DNA from: Eledone cirrhosa
Lineage: Eukaryota
Assembly (NCBI GenBank): GCA_964016885.1
Contig: OZ024752.1
Location: 496,001 to 560,000 of the forward strand
Direction: 5' to 3'
DNA: 64,000 nucleotides
The translations under genes were made by a program, and so were the position numbers. The notes under the pieces are model-generated. The model made no database searches. It was not told where the DNA came from and worked only from the letters and a program-made list of their open reading frames with translations. Below are positions 1 through 13,514 of this stretch, piece after piece (positions within the stretch are counted from its first letter, which is position 1; each line of letters starts with the position of its first letter).

Positions 1-1419
1 TTAATGATAAAGTGTGTTTTAAGATAACTTTAAGAATCCAGAGTTTTAACTGACAGTACTCGACAAATTAATTCTTATGGACATCTGGTAAAGAAGAATT
101 AATACACAGACCTATTAAGTGTAAAATCAGTTTTTCTTCACACTATTTCCTACTTGGGAACCGTAGAATGTTTCTAACGACATGTTAATGTTGAATTAAT
201 TCCACATTATCTGAATGCATTCTCAGATTCATTTGGGTAGATGGTGCCAAACTATCAACTTGTACATATATACAAGCATCATATTTTCTTGGTTTTACTA
301 ATATTCAACATGGATAAAATTATATAAATTCACTATATTTTGGATAAATTGATTTATAAAGATGCTCACAGTCTTCTCTTGATACATACAATATGGCATT
401 GAATATAGTCGCGGTGGCATAAAAGGATTATTTATTCTTTCGTATACTAAATAATATCCCCTGGAGAATTTCCCGTTAATAACATTTTTAGTAAAAACAA
501 ATTGTTGTCTTCTTTGAATTAAAGCAAAAAAGCATCTTTCTTTTTTCCAGGAAATATCCTAGCAGTAATCAAGCAGCGAAATTAAATTGATATGTATTAG
601 GTAAAATATTACGATTATATTTACGTTGGAAAGATTGCAAAGCGGAATTAGCTATTGCTGGTGGTAGAACTATCAAAATAAATTCCAGTGGACGTTTGAT
701 TTGAATCAAGACCTATGAAGATTTTACAAAAATGTTAGGAATGATCTCTCGATATGTTACATGAAAAGAAATAAGTACTGGCAGATAAAATAACTATACT
801 ACTCACAATTCAGTACTAAACAATGGCTTCAGCAAACCACGTTTGCTGTGGAAACATATGCTACCGTGTCCAACAAAATCAATTAGCAAAAACTGCTCAG
901 TAAACATCAGAACACTAGTAGTAACTCAAAGCACAGTTGATATCAAGATTTAAGCGGAACTTCACTACGTTGTCAAAGTACTACATGGAAGAACGGTTAT
1001 TACGGAAATTGATAGAAACCAACAGACTTATTGTTATCCATGATCGATCAAGTTGCTAAAGAATACTTAGCAGAAATTGAGGCCCCCAGTTTTGGGGCAT
1101 TTTGCCTTACTGTGTTATGCTGCAGTAATTATTTGTCAACAGACAAGTGTAACGCGAATTAATCCTAATGATAACTCAGAACTAAAATGAATTACCTCCC
1201 TTCAACAAAACTCGGGGATAATGTCAGACAATTACTAACATTAACTGCAAAGTGAATGTTGTATTCATGAACTTCCAACTGAAACCGTGGAATTGACTAT
1301 CCAAATTGTTTGGGAAGTGGGTGCGAGAGAGACACAGATAAACTGAATGTCCTTCAACACTAACTCTGAGTTGTAAGTGAAAAATCTTCGTTATGGCGAG
1401 AGTTATTCATGGGGGAAAT

Positions 1420-1729
1420 CTGGAGTGCTGCATTCCAATTTCCCAAAACTGAGTGTAGGGTATCCCGGAGAGGAGTGTTCTCTGGAGTGTTACATTCCAA
1501 TTTCTCAAGAATCATTCCAGAGTATCCCGAGAAGAGTTTTCTGAAGTTCTACATTTCAATTTCCCAAGAATGATTCTAGAGTATTCTGGCGAGAAGCGTT
1601 TTCTGAAGTGTTACATTCCAATTTCCCAAGAATGATTCTAGGGTATCCCTGGGAGAGAAAATTCTCTGGAGTGCTACACTTCAATTTCCCAAGAATGATT
1701 CTAGGGTATTCCCGGGGAGGAGCGTTTTC
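1420..1729. repeat. Minisatellite, 5 diverged copies of a ~60-bp unit
   Basis: Unit approx. CTGRAGTGYTACATTYCAATTTCCCAAGAATGATTCTAGRGTATYCC..GAG..G.TTTT repeats five times. It explains ORFs 1556..1873 and 1608..2045. Confidence 0.9.
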
Positions 1730-1876
1730 AAACTTTTGCTGTTGTTGTTTAACTTCAAGGCCAAATCTGTTCCCCGGTTTTAAAAGTACCAACGAGGCCA
1801 GCAATAGCACGAGCAGCATCCATCCATCCATTTCATCAGTAGCAGCATCGCGCCCATGGAAACAGACGTCCATTAC

Positions 1877-1877
1877 A

Positions 1878-1940
<63 letters not shown>
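1877..1940. repeat. (ACT)n microsatellite
   Basis: Direct reading. Confidence 0.95.
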
Positions 1941-1941
<1 letters not shown>

Positions 1942-2415
1942 TTCTTCTTCCACATCTCCCAGCGCATCTGCATACTTCTTTTTCTTCTTGTAGTAAAGGG
2001 AAGGAAAATCGACAATGGAAAAACTATAGCAATAACAATAATTAGTTACACTAGAATATAATGATTATATTTCCATTCAAAACAAAAGAAACCATTGCTA
2101 ATTTACTACTTTTTAAAATTCCCATTTCGAACCTCTGCTCTAAATGTTTCGTCAAAGTTGTTTGTATCTGTGAACAATGAATTAATGCCAACTAAACTAA
2201 TATTTGCTATCCTAAAGATCTAAAATGTAGTACTAAAATAAGAGTTTTTTTTTATGCTTATAAGATTAATAAAGCAATATTAAACATCCTTTCTTTATTT
2301 GTCCACAAATGATAGTAATAATAATAATAATAAATAATAATAGTAATAACACCACCACACTGCATATACCCAAGGCGCGCAGAGCTGCACTGGGTAATGC
2401 AGTGATAATGCGCAA

Positions 2416-2459
<44 letters not shown>

Positions 2460-3863
2460 TGATAATAATAATAACGACAACAATAAAAATAATAATACAA
2501 TTTTTCTAATATTATCAATTTTTTTGAACATTAATATTTTTATAATAAAAAACACGATAAGTACAATGAAAAAAAGCAACAACAAAAAACAATAATGCTT
2601 TTCTATTAAATTCTTATCCATTCTTAGCACAACGTTCAGTTTTGAATGTCTTACGGAGAATCGGTTTCAGACAGAATTAACTCACCGGTCATCACGGATC
2701 ATTGAATTGCTTCGTTAAATATCTCGCCTGTTATAATAGTTTATGGCATTTCTCTGCTGTCCCCAGGTTTATTTAAATACACTGACAAAACTTCTCTTAC
2801 GCCTGGTTTAATAATAACAGCGCCAACGCGTCGCCCAATGCCAACTTTAGCCAAGAACTGAAACGAACAGACAACATACTGCTGGCATCGTTTTTATTTT
2901 CATTGGTCAATGAACAACCAATGAGGCACTACTTTGGATGCAAATACTTATATATCCGCCGGTATAACGCTTTGATGTATGTGGCAATTGCATTGCCAGT
3001 ATTATCCAATATCAAGACAGATAGTCAATCATTGAGAAAATGCTTCATACACACATACATAAATACATACACGCATATATACATACATACCTATATAGAT
3101 ATATAATATATACATACATATATGCATAAACATTTACATACATAGATACATAATAGCTATATACATACATATATAGATGCATATAAACATACATACATAC
3201 ATATTTATATACATATACGAATACATACATGCAACATACATACATATATACATACATATATAAATACATACATACATATATAAATACATACATATATACA
3301 TATATACATATATATGTGAATAAATACACACATCGCACACAATCACATACATGTATTTATACAATGTATGCGTATAAATATAGTGAAAGTGTCATTAAAA
3401 ATGGCGCCGGTGGGGATAAATACAAAAATATTCAATATCCTATCAAAATATTAACGCTTCGATTGTTAAAGTGAAATATACTTCTATTCTATTAATATGT
3501 TTTTCTAATGAATCGTAACCCAGCAGACAGGAATGTGTCACAAAATAAGTAAAAACCATTGACGGCACTATAACCCAGACACTGTAGTTATCTTGGTATA
3601 TCATAGTCAGAGTTATTTGTCTTTTTATATACTCGTCGTCTACAAAAAAATAAACAAGCAAAAAACAAAAACAAAAAAACAAAAACGAATACATGCAATG
3701 TCTTATTAACTAACCTTAAACTAACAGAGACATATACAAACAACCATACAGAATCATACACACAGTATTATGCACTCACGCACATGCACACACACACACG
3801 TGCACTAACATACACGCACGCCCACACTCACACACATATATATATATATACACACATACACAT

Positions 3864-3932
<69 letters not shown>

Positions 3933-4031
3933 TGTATTGAACCTTGAAATCGTGATTAAAATGTAGCGGCGCCATTTTAAAACTGGTGCAGACCATCCCA
4001 CTCACAATCTGAATACTGTGTGTGTATGTGT

Positions 4032-4081
<50 letters not shown>

Positions 4082-4185
4082 CATCTCCATCACCTGTCTA
4101 ACACTTTGTTTATTGACTCCAAAAGAATGAAAGGCAAATTTGACATCAACAGCATTTGAACTCAGAATGAACAGACCTGAAACAG

Positions 4186-4284
<99 letters not shown>

Positions 4285-4767
4285 TGGTACGTCTATCTTA
4301 GTATCCACATATATACAATTTCATATATTTAATCATATATTAGATACACGCTCAACAATGTATATATGTAAGTGTGCATGCGTGGGTGAGTATGTATGTA
4401 TGTGTGTATGTGTGAGCATATGTACTTCCGTGTCTGAATATGTTTGTGGTCACTTATATAGAAATACACATATCAAACTTATTTACTTACACGTATACAC
4501 ATATACACATATACACACGTATACACATCTCTTTATATATTTATATACGTTGCGCGATGTGTAAAAAATATATTCGCAGCGTATATAAATATATAAAGAG
4601 ATGTGTCCAAGATATATGTGTATACGTGTAAGTAAATAAGTTTGATATATGTATTTCTATATAAGTGACCACAAATATATTCAGACACGGAAGTACATAT
4701 GCTCACTCATACGTACGCACACATACATACATACATACACACATACTCACACACACGCACACACATA

Positions 4768-4815
<48 letters not shown>

Positions 4816-5094
4816 AGGAATATAAGAAAAACAGTAGAAAATGGTAATGGCATTTTCTCATAGAATAACAGCAAGACATTTATTTAAAAGAGCAATTTAT
4901 CGTACCGGTTTCAGCCAATAGTGGTTTAGGCTTCTTCACGCTACAGGAAATATGATTAAAAGTGTATAATAAAATGTATATTAATAAGAAGAGGGTATTA
5001 GATGACTTAGTTCACATACATATATAGAAGAGTTCACATTTTCGTTTATCTCTTTTTCTCACCTCCTTGGAGGGATGGGAGTTCTGCTTCAAAA

Positions 5095-5398
5095 GGGCAA
5101 CGCTTTACGATGAAAAACAATTTCACATGCGCATCAAAAAAACCTAATATATGTATTAACTTGCTCAGGCTGTCGATAGCAGTACATAGGCTAAACTAAA
5201 AACAGTCTTCGTCAACGTATGACCGGTCATAGATCCCAAATGAAAATACGGGAATACAGAAAAATAGCATTAAGAGAACACATTGACACCTGCACCTCTA
5301 ATGAAGAACCCAATTTTAGAATTTTTAACCTCTATAAATTTAAAGACAACGCTACCCACATTCAACGCATTAGCAAAAAGTCATACTTTATCACAAAA
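5095..5398 (+). pseudogene. PLE GIY-YIG endonuclease remnant
   Basis: Manual translation with one frameshift and stops: FTCASK/NLIYVLTCSGCR*QYIG*TKNSLRQRMTGHRSQ...REHIDTC...SYFITK. It continues as *EPRLN after the Helitron (6214 onward). Confidence 0.85.
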
Positions 5399-6213
5399 CT
5401 AGCAGTAAAGCCCGGCGTTGCTCGGGGTCGCTCAGTAGCTGTGTTAAAGTTACAATGTTAAGTTTCTTTTTTGGCTTAAAAACTGTAGTGTCTACTGTGC
5501 AGACTTGCATGTGGTGTTTTTGATTAATATTCCCTCAACCAACAATATGCCTTATGAAGTTAAGAAAACATAACGATAACCCGAATGTTATAACAAAAGA
5601 GGATGCTGGGGATAAAAACTGCACTGGTTATTTATTAACAAAGATCGAAAATGTAAACACTGCAACGCAGAGAAAAACATTAGCGTAACCAAATTATCAG
5701 TTATGTCTGTCTGCACGCCTATATCACCTCTCTGCACGACTGTCTGTCTGCACGCCTGAAATATTTGCTTGTTTTACGTAGTCTTTAAATAGACTTGTTT
5801 TCAAGTAAAAATATTGTTTTAAAATGCTTTTAAATGGAAATGAAGCAAAACGGAAGCTTAGTGTTCGAACTGATGAATTTTGCAGGTCAATATTTTGCTG
5901 GCTCGACAACTGTTCGTGTATTGTGTTAATGTCATTTTAAACGCTGAGAAAGCCAGCGTAATTTTTTACGTAAGACGCTCAATGTAAACAGAACAAAGGG
6001 AAATAACTGATAACTTACGCTCAAAAATCGATACATTATATTCGATTTCGTCACATAGGGTGGGTCAATTTGAAATATTTTTTTTCCGATGTCTTCGCTA
6101 GGGCTCAATGTACAAGTATAGCAATTTCGGTGCAATTCCGTCAGAGATTCTAAGAGGAGATGTGTGCCAAAAATCGATAGACAGACAGACAACCACAGTT
6201 TTATATATATAGA
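5399..6213 (-). mobile_element. Non-autonomous Helitron
   Basis: On the minus strand it starts TCTATATATATAAAAC and ends with hairpin CCCGAGCAACGCCGGG followed by CTAG. It sits between A and T with no TSD. A near-identical copy is at 38281-39197. Confidence 0.9.
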
Positions 6214-6920
6214 TAAGAACCCCGTTTAAATGCATCCGCCACAGACGAAACTGCAACATTAACACCAATGGACAAATTAAAAACAATAGTATTTCCCACA
6301 GAAAAACCAAGAAAGATAGATATATTTAGAAACAATCACTACTTCAGATCAATTTTTATGTCACTCTACCATTAAGGTCAGTCCCTCGGATAGCTACTAT
6401 TAATAATATTACCACCACGCCTCCCTGGCGTCTCCTTCTGCTTCTCCTCCTTCGTCTTTTCCTTCCCCCTTCTCTATAGCCCTATTATTACTACCGCACT
6501 ACCTTCTTCTTCATCTTCTTCTTCATCATCTTCTTCTTCTTCTCCTTCTTCTCCCCCCCCCCTCCTTCCTCTACTACTAACACTACTACTAATGCAATCG
6601 TAGTCAACAACCAGTCAAACAATAACAGGGAGCAAACCAACTTCTATTTTAGCTGCTAAACCACCAAGGAGGTGAGAGAAATAAATAAATGAAAATGTGA
6701 ACTCTTCTATATGTATGTGAACTAAGTCCTCTAATACCCTCTTCTTATTAATATACATTTTATTATACACTTTTAATCATATTTCCTGTAGCATGAAGAA
6801 GCCTAAACCACTATTGGCTGAAACCGGTACGATAGATTGCTTTTTTAAAATAAATCTTTTGGTGTTATTCTATGAGAAAATCCTATTAGCATTTTCTACT
6901 GTTTTTCTTATTTTCCTAAT

Positions 6921-6958
<38 letters not shown>

Positions 6959-7873
6959 TTAAATGTATGGTTATTTAGATACGTAACACAATGCCCCTTG
7001 TGAATAAATCGATAATGTCTTATAATGTTTCAGTAGAGTCAAGCTGAAGTTTATTGTCTTTGACTACCTGAACTTTAAAATGGCCGTCTGCTTACTTTTG
7101 TTTCTCTTCATATGTCTAGCTTTGAACCGACACACTAAAAACTTGTTGCGTAATTCACACAAACTAACACAAGTATACGCACGCACACACACACACACAC
7201 ACATTCTCACACAAATACACACATACACACCCAAACACACAGACACGCACAGATGCACACATACACACTCACACACAGCTACACACAGATACACACATAC
7301 GCTCATACGCACCCAAACACACAGAAACACTCAGATGCTCACACATACACACACAGATACACATAGATACACACATACGCTCATACGCACCCAAACACAC
7401 AGAAACACTCAGACACACACACACACAGACACACACAGACACACACACACACGCACAGACACACACACACACGCATAGACACACATTAATACACAAACGC
7501 GCAGGTGAATACAGACACATATACTTCTGGACAAAGAAAAGCACACGCATACACATAGTAAGGCATAAATAAACAGACAAGATTTTGAGAATTATATACT
7601 CAGTGTTGGTGATAATTGTTTCTACTTTTGGCACAAGGCCAGCAACTACCCCAGTGTATTACAGTGTTGATGATAATGTTATCAACCGAATGAAATACTA
7701 CACAATTGAAAATACCTCACAAAATACTTTCTCCTCTTTCACACACATATACTCATATACATATACTTGGACATACACAGAGAAGCTGAGGACAAGCACT
7801 ATACATACTTATACACACACACAGATACAGACATACCACACAAACATACACATACATACTTGTACATATATGT

Positions 7874-7933
<60 letters not shown>

Positions 7934-7935
<2 letters not shown>

Positions 7936-8088
7936 CGCACCAGAGTACTCAATACTTAGGGTAGTAGAGTGGGAAATAAGAAAAAGATTGACCCCGACGA
8001 CAGAGCTCAAGCCGTTTCGACGGCTATTTCTGGACTGAAATAGCCGTCGAAACGGCTTGAGCTCTGCCGTCGGGGTCATACTTTTTCC

Positions 8089-8089
<1 letters not shown>
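7934..8089 (-). mobile_element. Fold-back PLE-type terminus in (TA)n (family B)
   Basis: 42-bp inverted arms at 7989-8030 and 8037-8078, plus a one-sided tail. The tail recurs at 13739-13818, 50116-50224, 55570-55606 and 60609-60700, each next to (TA)n. Confidence 0.65.
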
Positions 8090-8154
<65 letters not shown>

Positions 8155-8215
8155 TGCGTACGTGAGAGAGAATGTATAGACAGATAGGATGAGAATGATA
8201 TATATACACACTTGT

Positions 8216-8330
<115 letters not shown>

Positions 8331-8399
8331 CATATATGTGTGTGTGTGTGTGTACATATATATATATATATATACATATATGTGTGTGTGTGTGTGTAC

Positions 8400-8462
<63 letters not shown>

Positions 8463-9119
8463 TATATATATATATGTTTGTAAGAGAGTGGGAGAATGTG
8501 GCAGAGGAGAGGGAGAAAAAGTGAGGATGTATAGACATAGATAGGACGAGAATGATCTAATGTATACATACTTGTAGATATATGTATAAATATATGTATA
8601 TATATGTATATGTGTGTGCGTGTTGTGCGTATGTGAGTGTGTGTGTGAGTGTGTGTGTGTAAGAGAGAGAGAGAGAGAGAGAGAATAGACATAGACTACA
8701 GTGATGTAATATATACATCACTGCTTCATTGACATTGTGAAATATTGCTTCTAAGAATTTCGTGGAAATTGTTCCAAATTTAACATTTTGAACTCTATTG
8801 CTGCTGCAGTAACTTCTGTGTATTGCCAATAAATATCTTTAAATATCTTTTGTAATAAATATCGAGAGTTTTTCACGTTTTTACAGTGACTGTTCAATGC
8901 TTTGAGTTCCATATTGTCGAATAGGCTTCAGTCAGTTTCGACGATTAATCTTCCTGTTTTTATTTGATTATCGGAACAACTCATTCGTAAAATAAACGAA
9001 CGAGTGACTGAATATTTCACAAACCGTGTACCATTAATGTAAACGTCAAGGTGATTCAACATGGCACTGTGTGTGTGTAATAAAGCTGGCCCTTTTAATT
9101 ACTGCTGCAGTTGATCTGA

Positions 9120-9280
9120 CGGGCTTCCAATTAGTTTTCACCTACCCAATTTTACTCATAAGGCTTGGGTCGACCCAGGGCTATGGTAAATGACACTGGA
9201 TGAAAATTCCACGCAGTGGGATAGAACCCAGGTCCTTGTGATTACAAAGCAAACTTAGCCATTCAGCAATGCTGCGCCCA
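9120..9280 (-). mobile_element. tRNA-derived SINE (second family), head region
   Basis: The minus strand begins GGCGCAGCATTGCTGAATGGCTAAG...GGGTTCTATCCCACTGCG, with A-box-like and B-box-like motifs. Confidence 0.6.
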
Positions 9281-11439
9281 CAGTTTTATATTTATACGCA
9301 GGAAGAAAGTGGAAATGGCTAAGGACGAGAAAACGCTGGACAAGTTGCTTTGCAGAAATTTTGTTTCAATATTCAGTCGAAGTGGATACCTTGTGGCTAC
9401 TTAGAAAGAATGTTATCTCTTTCTCTGTCCCTGTCTCTATTTCTTCCAATCTGTCTGTCTCTCTCTGTTTCACTACTCTCTCTCTCTTTACTTGAGAGCT
9501 CTTTAATAATAGAACTTAAGTATGTTTATATATGCTGAGTTATTCTGAGAGATAAAAAAAATCCATTTTGGAGAGGGACACATACAATGGATTAGGTTGA
9601 TATGGGAAGGTTTAAAAAAAAGTACATATTCACGTATCGAATCGAATAGAGTACCACTTGCAGTGGCACTCTTAATTGTGTGTGGTAGACTTAATCCGTG
9701 GCTCAGCTTAACATCAGCACAAGGCCCTTTAGTATCTTTAACACAGTTGGATCAGATTTCTGGTTTAAGGATACCTTCCTTCATCTATCCCATCGGTTGT
9801 AGCGGCCCCGAAAAGGGTCATGAGTACTGCTCTTCCTTCACTGTGATAGTCAGTAAAAGATACTACCAGTTGGGTTTGGCTAGGGAGTTATGGGGCGATG
9901 TTAATAAAAAATTTAGTGGCAATGGAACCTACGAGCTGAGGCCAAGGAATAAAATATAAATATATATATGACAAATGAGTAAGAAATAAACAAGGAGAGA
10001 AGCTGTGAACGAAGGAAAATTGAAATAGTAAATTATTTGAAAAGAACTGTAAGAAGCCATTGTTATTTTATTTTATTCTTTTTGCTTTCAATATCTCTTC
10101 CCCCCCCCCCCCCCCCGATTTCTTTTTCTCTTTTGTTTCCTTTTCCTGAACCAATTTCTTTAAACTGTCAGATATGCGTCATTAACTTTTCAAACAATCT
10201 TGTTTGATAAAAAAATATTGCAAACCTCATTTCAAAAAGTTATGTTGCCAAGAAAAACTTATATTTCAGAGGGAATTATTTTATTGTTTATTTTTTCTTT
10301 ACCTTGTTTCTTTTATTATTTATTTTTTGTTTTATAACAATAATAATAACAATAATAATATTGTTCTTTTTGTTGGTAGAATTGTTAAAGCGCGGGGAAA
10401 GAGCCCTTTTTTTTTATTTAAAGGGAATGTCTAATTCTAGAATATACTTCCATTTTTACATGAGTTATTTTTAACAGCTATCTTCGCTTCTTTCACACGT
10501 AAGTAGCTTTCTGTATTACGTCTCTTTCAATTGTCAAATAGGTTTTGGCTTGAATTCCTAAACTGTTTTTCAGACGTAAATTATATTACGCAATATTTAT
10601 ATTTACCTGACATCTTAATCTGTTGAGGGAAGATGGAATTTTCTTAAACTCTTTGCTTTCCTTTTCTCGGAATGCATTATGTTTTAGGTGTGTGTGTTTG
10701 GGTTGTCTCCTTTTCTTGCCTTTCTATCTGTCTCTATTAGATTACTAGCCCTGCTTGCTTTTCAAGTCTTTTTCGTTATAGTAAAACCCCAAAGTGTTGC
10801 TGCAGTTATCACCGAATGCAGGGTTCCCTTTATTATTAGATCGGCCATTGGAACAAACATTTTCGGAGTTGCACCTGATGGTGACTTTGGGACGCAGCCA
10901 TAATAAAGCGGGGGGGGGGGGGGGGGGCAGAAAGAAAGAGATAGTAAATGCACGTTTCATGGGCAAACATTTAATATGAGTGTGAACTTTTCCGCCATTT
11001 TTCTTGATAAATACACCTACAAATTCTCCTCTACCGCCTTCAAATTATTTGTAAGCGGAAAATTTGGAACTTTCTAACGAAGGACCTTTGTCCGATATGT
11101 TAGATTTTTCACTTCTCATGACATCATGACAACTAAACTTATCGACACCTACAGTTTCTCTTTCAGTTTATAAATGTTGGATTAGGTGGAGCTGTTACAG
11201 TTAGTTACTAGAATACAGTAACAACAATAATATAATAATAATGACAACTATAATAACGGCAATAAGAAAAAAAGGAAAGGAAAGGAAACAAAAGAAAAAG
11301 AGAATAGGGAAATATAGAGAAAAAAGAGAAAAAGAAAGAATAAAAAAAAGAATGGGAAGGGATGGCAAGAGCACTGGTGTCGCAGAAGAGAGGGGGTAAA
11401 GGGGCGGGTGATTGGGCTTTGGGCCTAGGGCATAGGAGC

Positions 11440-11790
11440 AGAAGTGCTTCGCCCCGTGGACAAGATCGCAAAAGCATTCCCGCGAACGATGGCCAGTGAC
11501 ACCCGCTACAACAGCCACCCAATCTCGCGGGCTCCTTCCTCAGACAGGCTGCCGACGTTCGGATCTTGCAAAAGAGCTCGGCTGTACGGGGTCCAAGTAG
11601 GTCTGAGGTCTCGACGGCAACTGGTGCGAAGAGAAAGCGGCCGGACACACCCCTATATTTGTTTATTTTACGTTTTTCTGCGAGGCGGGTCGCGATGGCC
11701 GAAGCGACTAAGCTGGAGGCGGAGAACGTGTCGCAGCAGGTGGCTTCCCAAATGAGGGATCTACCTCCTTCGAATGGAGACGGCATTTCA
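11440..11790 (-). pseudogene. CRE-type non-LTR retrotransposon, C-terminal restriction-like endonuclease fragment
   Basis: Reads PF.GG..LIWEATCCDTFS...AEKRKINKY...FAPVAVET..LGP, then after a frameshift REIGWLL*RVSLAIVRGNA. These match the WD.T, AE..K..KY, P.AVET.G and QRLS.A..RGNA motifs of CRE RLE domains. Confidence 0.8.
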
Positions 11791-13189
11791 GTTTTATAAC
11801 TCTCCAAAATCAAGACTTCGTAATATTTTTTGTCAGTGTAACCATAAGAACGTGGTATTAATGAGAACTGCACATACGTTTGGAAAATAACCATCGTTAT
11901 GAGCAAAGTAGAAACAATGATTTCTTTATTAAATAGAAATAATAACAGCTGATAAGTGTTTAGTTGTGAAGGTTCTTATGTTAAGATATTTATAAAACGA
12001 TGCGGATATTTCATAGAAAACCAAAATGATAATTATGTTTATGTTGTCAAAAAGTTATCAGACGCAAAACTATATATTTCATACTCATCTAATGGAATTT
12101 GTTGATAATAGAAACAAAATTGTTATAAACTTTCAATGAAAAGACAATGTATTAAACCTGATGAGTTCCAGATTTTACAAAACAATGTATGTATGTATGT
12201 ATATAAAAAAAAAACGATGAAGTTTCGTTTACATGTATTAGATTTTTGTTGTGTATCGACCTGTTACGCGCGTTTCGCAGAGGATTGGCTGAGGGTCACC
12301 CATAGGGGTTATGGACCTGACTCCGTTATCGATCTGCTCTTCAGACTAGTGATGCGACAAAAAATTTAGTGCTTGTTCACTGAATCACCTACACTATATA
12401 CACAGCAGATTTCTTCCAGAGAAGGCTAGAGAGGAAGAGAAAAGAAGTGATAAAGATATATAGAAGAAGAATCGACCTCAGTACTAGACTGATAGTTTTT
12501 CATCGAACTTAAATGGATTGTAATGGATAAATATATAAAATCCAGTTCTTCAGATTTTTAAGCTGAATTTTCGTTTCGTCTAGGGGGAAAAAAAACAGTG
12601 CTAGAAAGTGATGACTTTTAAAAATAATATTTTGGCAACTCTTTTATGTGTGTGTGTGTATGTGTGTGTGTGTGCGTTTGTGTGTGGGGAGGACCCGTGT
12701 TTATGTCTCTGTGTGTGGGGGGACCCGTGTATATGTAAGTGTTTGTGTGTGTGTGTGTGTGCGTGTTTGTATGGGGCCCCGAGTGTATATGCATGTGTCT
12801 GTGCGTGTGGGGTCCTGTGTATGTATTTGTGTTTATGTATATGTCTGTGTGACCTGTATGTATGTGTATGTGTGACCTGTATGGGTGTGTGTGTACGTGT
12901 GTGTAAAGAAATAGTCTCCAACTACAAGTTATGTTTTACAAATAATGTCAAGATAGATTTGAGTTTTAATTATCTCTCTTGATGTTTTCGTTTCACTTCA
13001 ACTTCCTGTTTGTTACACATGTCGGACATGTATAAATAGAAACCAAGAATCATTGTTTCACAAATTCCGATAAAGACATAGTCAAAACAACTATTTTAGA
13101 AACAAACCTCACAGATAATTCTCATAGTCCCCATTATCATCATCATCATCACCATCATCGTCATCGTCGTCTTCGTTGACGTCCTCATT

Positions 13190-13220
<31 letters not shown>

Positions 13221-13253
13221 ACATCGTCATCATCATGATTACCATTATTATCA

Positions 13254-13435
13254 TGGTGGATTGGCAGTATCGGTAGAGGGTCGGACGCCATCCTTTGCAG
13301 TAAAGAGTTACGGCCCTTTATGAACCGAGTTCAAATCCCGCCGAGGTTAACTTTGCCTTTCATCCTTACGGGGTCGATAAAATAAAGTACCAGTAATGTA
13401 CTGATGGCCTTGTGTCAAAAGTAGAAACAATTATT
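13254..13435 (+). mobile_element. tRNA-derived SINE (major family)
   Basis: A-box TGGCAGTATCGG, B-box GAGTTCAAATCCC, body TTTGCCTTTCATCCTTACGGGGTCGATAAAATAAAGTACCAG, (ATT)n tail. More than 12 copies occur in the window. Confidence 0.85.
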
Positions 13436-13483
13436 ATTATTTAGAAGTATCGGAAGAGCGTCGGACAATATGCTTTAATTTCT

Positions 13484-13509
<26 letters not shown>

Positions 13510-13514
<5 letters not shown>

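Larger units (their letters stand above)
4814..6920 (+). mobile_element. 5'-truncated Penelope-like element with inverted pseudo-LTR arms, interrupted by a Helitron
   Basis: 4814-5070 is the reverse complement of 6664-6920. A GIY-YIG remnant lies between the arms. HHR-like motif (A/G)TGAAGA-AGCC..GGCT-GAAACCGGTA at about 6793-6829. Both sides are flanked by (CA)n/(TA)n. Confidence 0.85.

Noticed and set aside
1-1400. Possible decayed coding sequence
   Set aside because: No ORF of 60 aa or more and no recognisable motif.
1420-1729. Possible CRISPR-like array or repeat protein (ORFs 1556..1873 and 1608..2045)
   Set aside because: Whole units repeat with no unique spacers, unit lengths are not consistently multiples of 3, there are no cas genes, and the context is eukaryotic.
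2366-2410. Twister ribozyme (GCAGAG...TAATGCAG signature)
   Set aside because: No convincing P4/L4 with complementary pseudoknot partners could be built by eye.
2640-3040. Host promoter or first exon (CCAAT boxes, minus-strand donor-like sites, YY1-like motifs at about 3400 and 3970)
   Set aside because: Short motifs are expected by chance, and no linked coding exon could be identified.
13254-13345. tRNA gene
   Set aside because: It has A/B boxes but no cloverleaf, and continues into a repeated SINE body.
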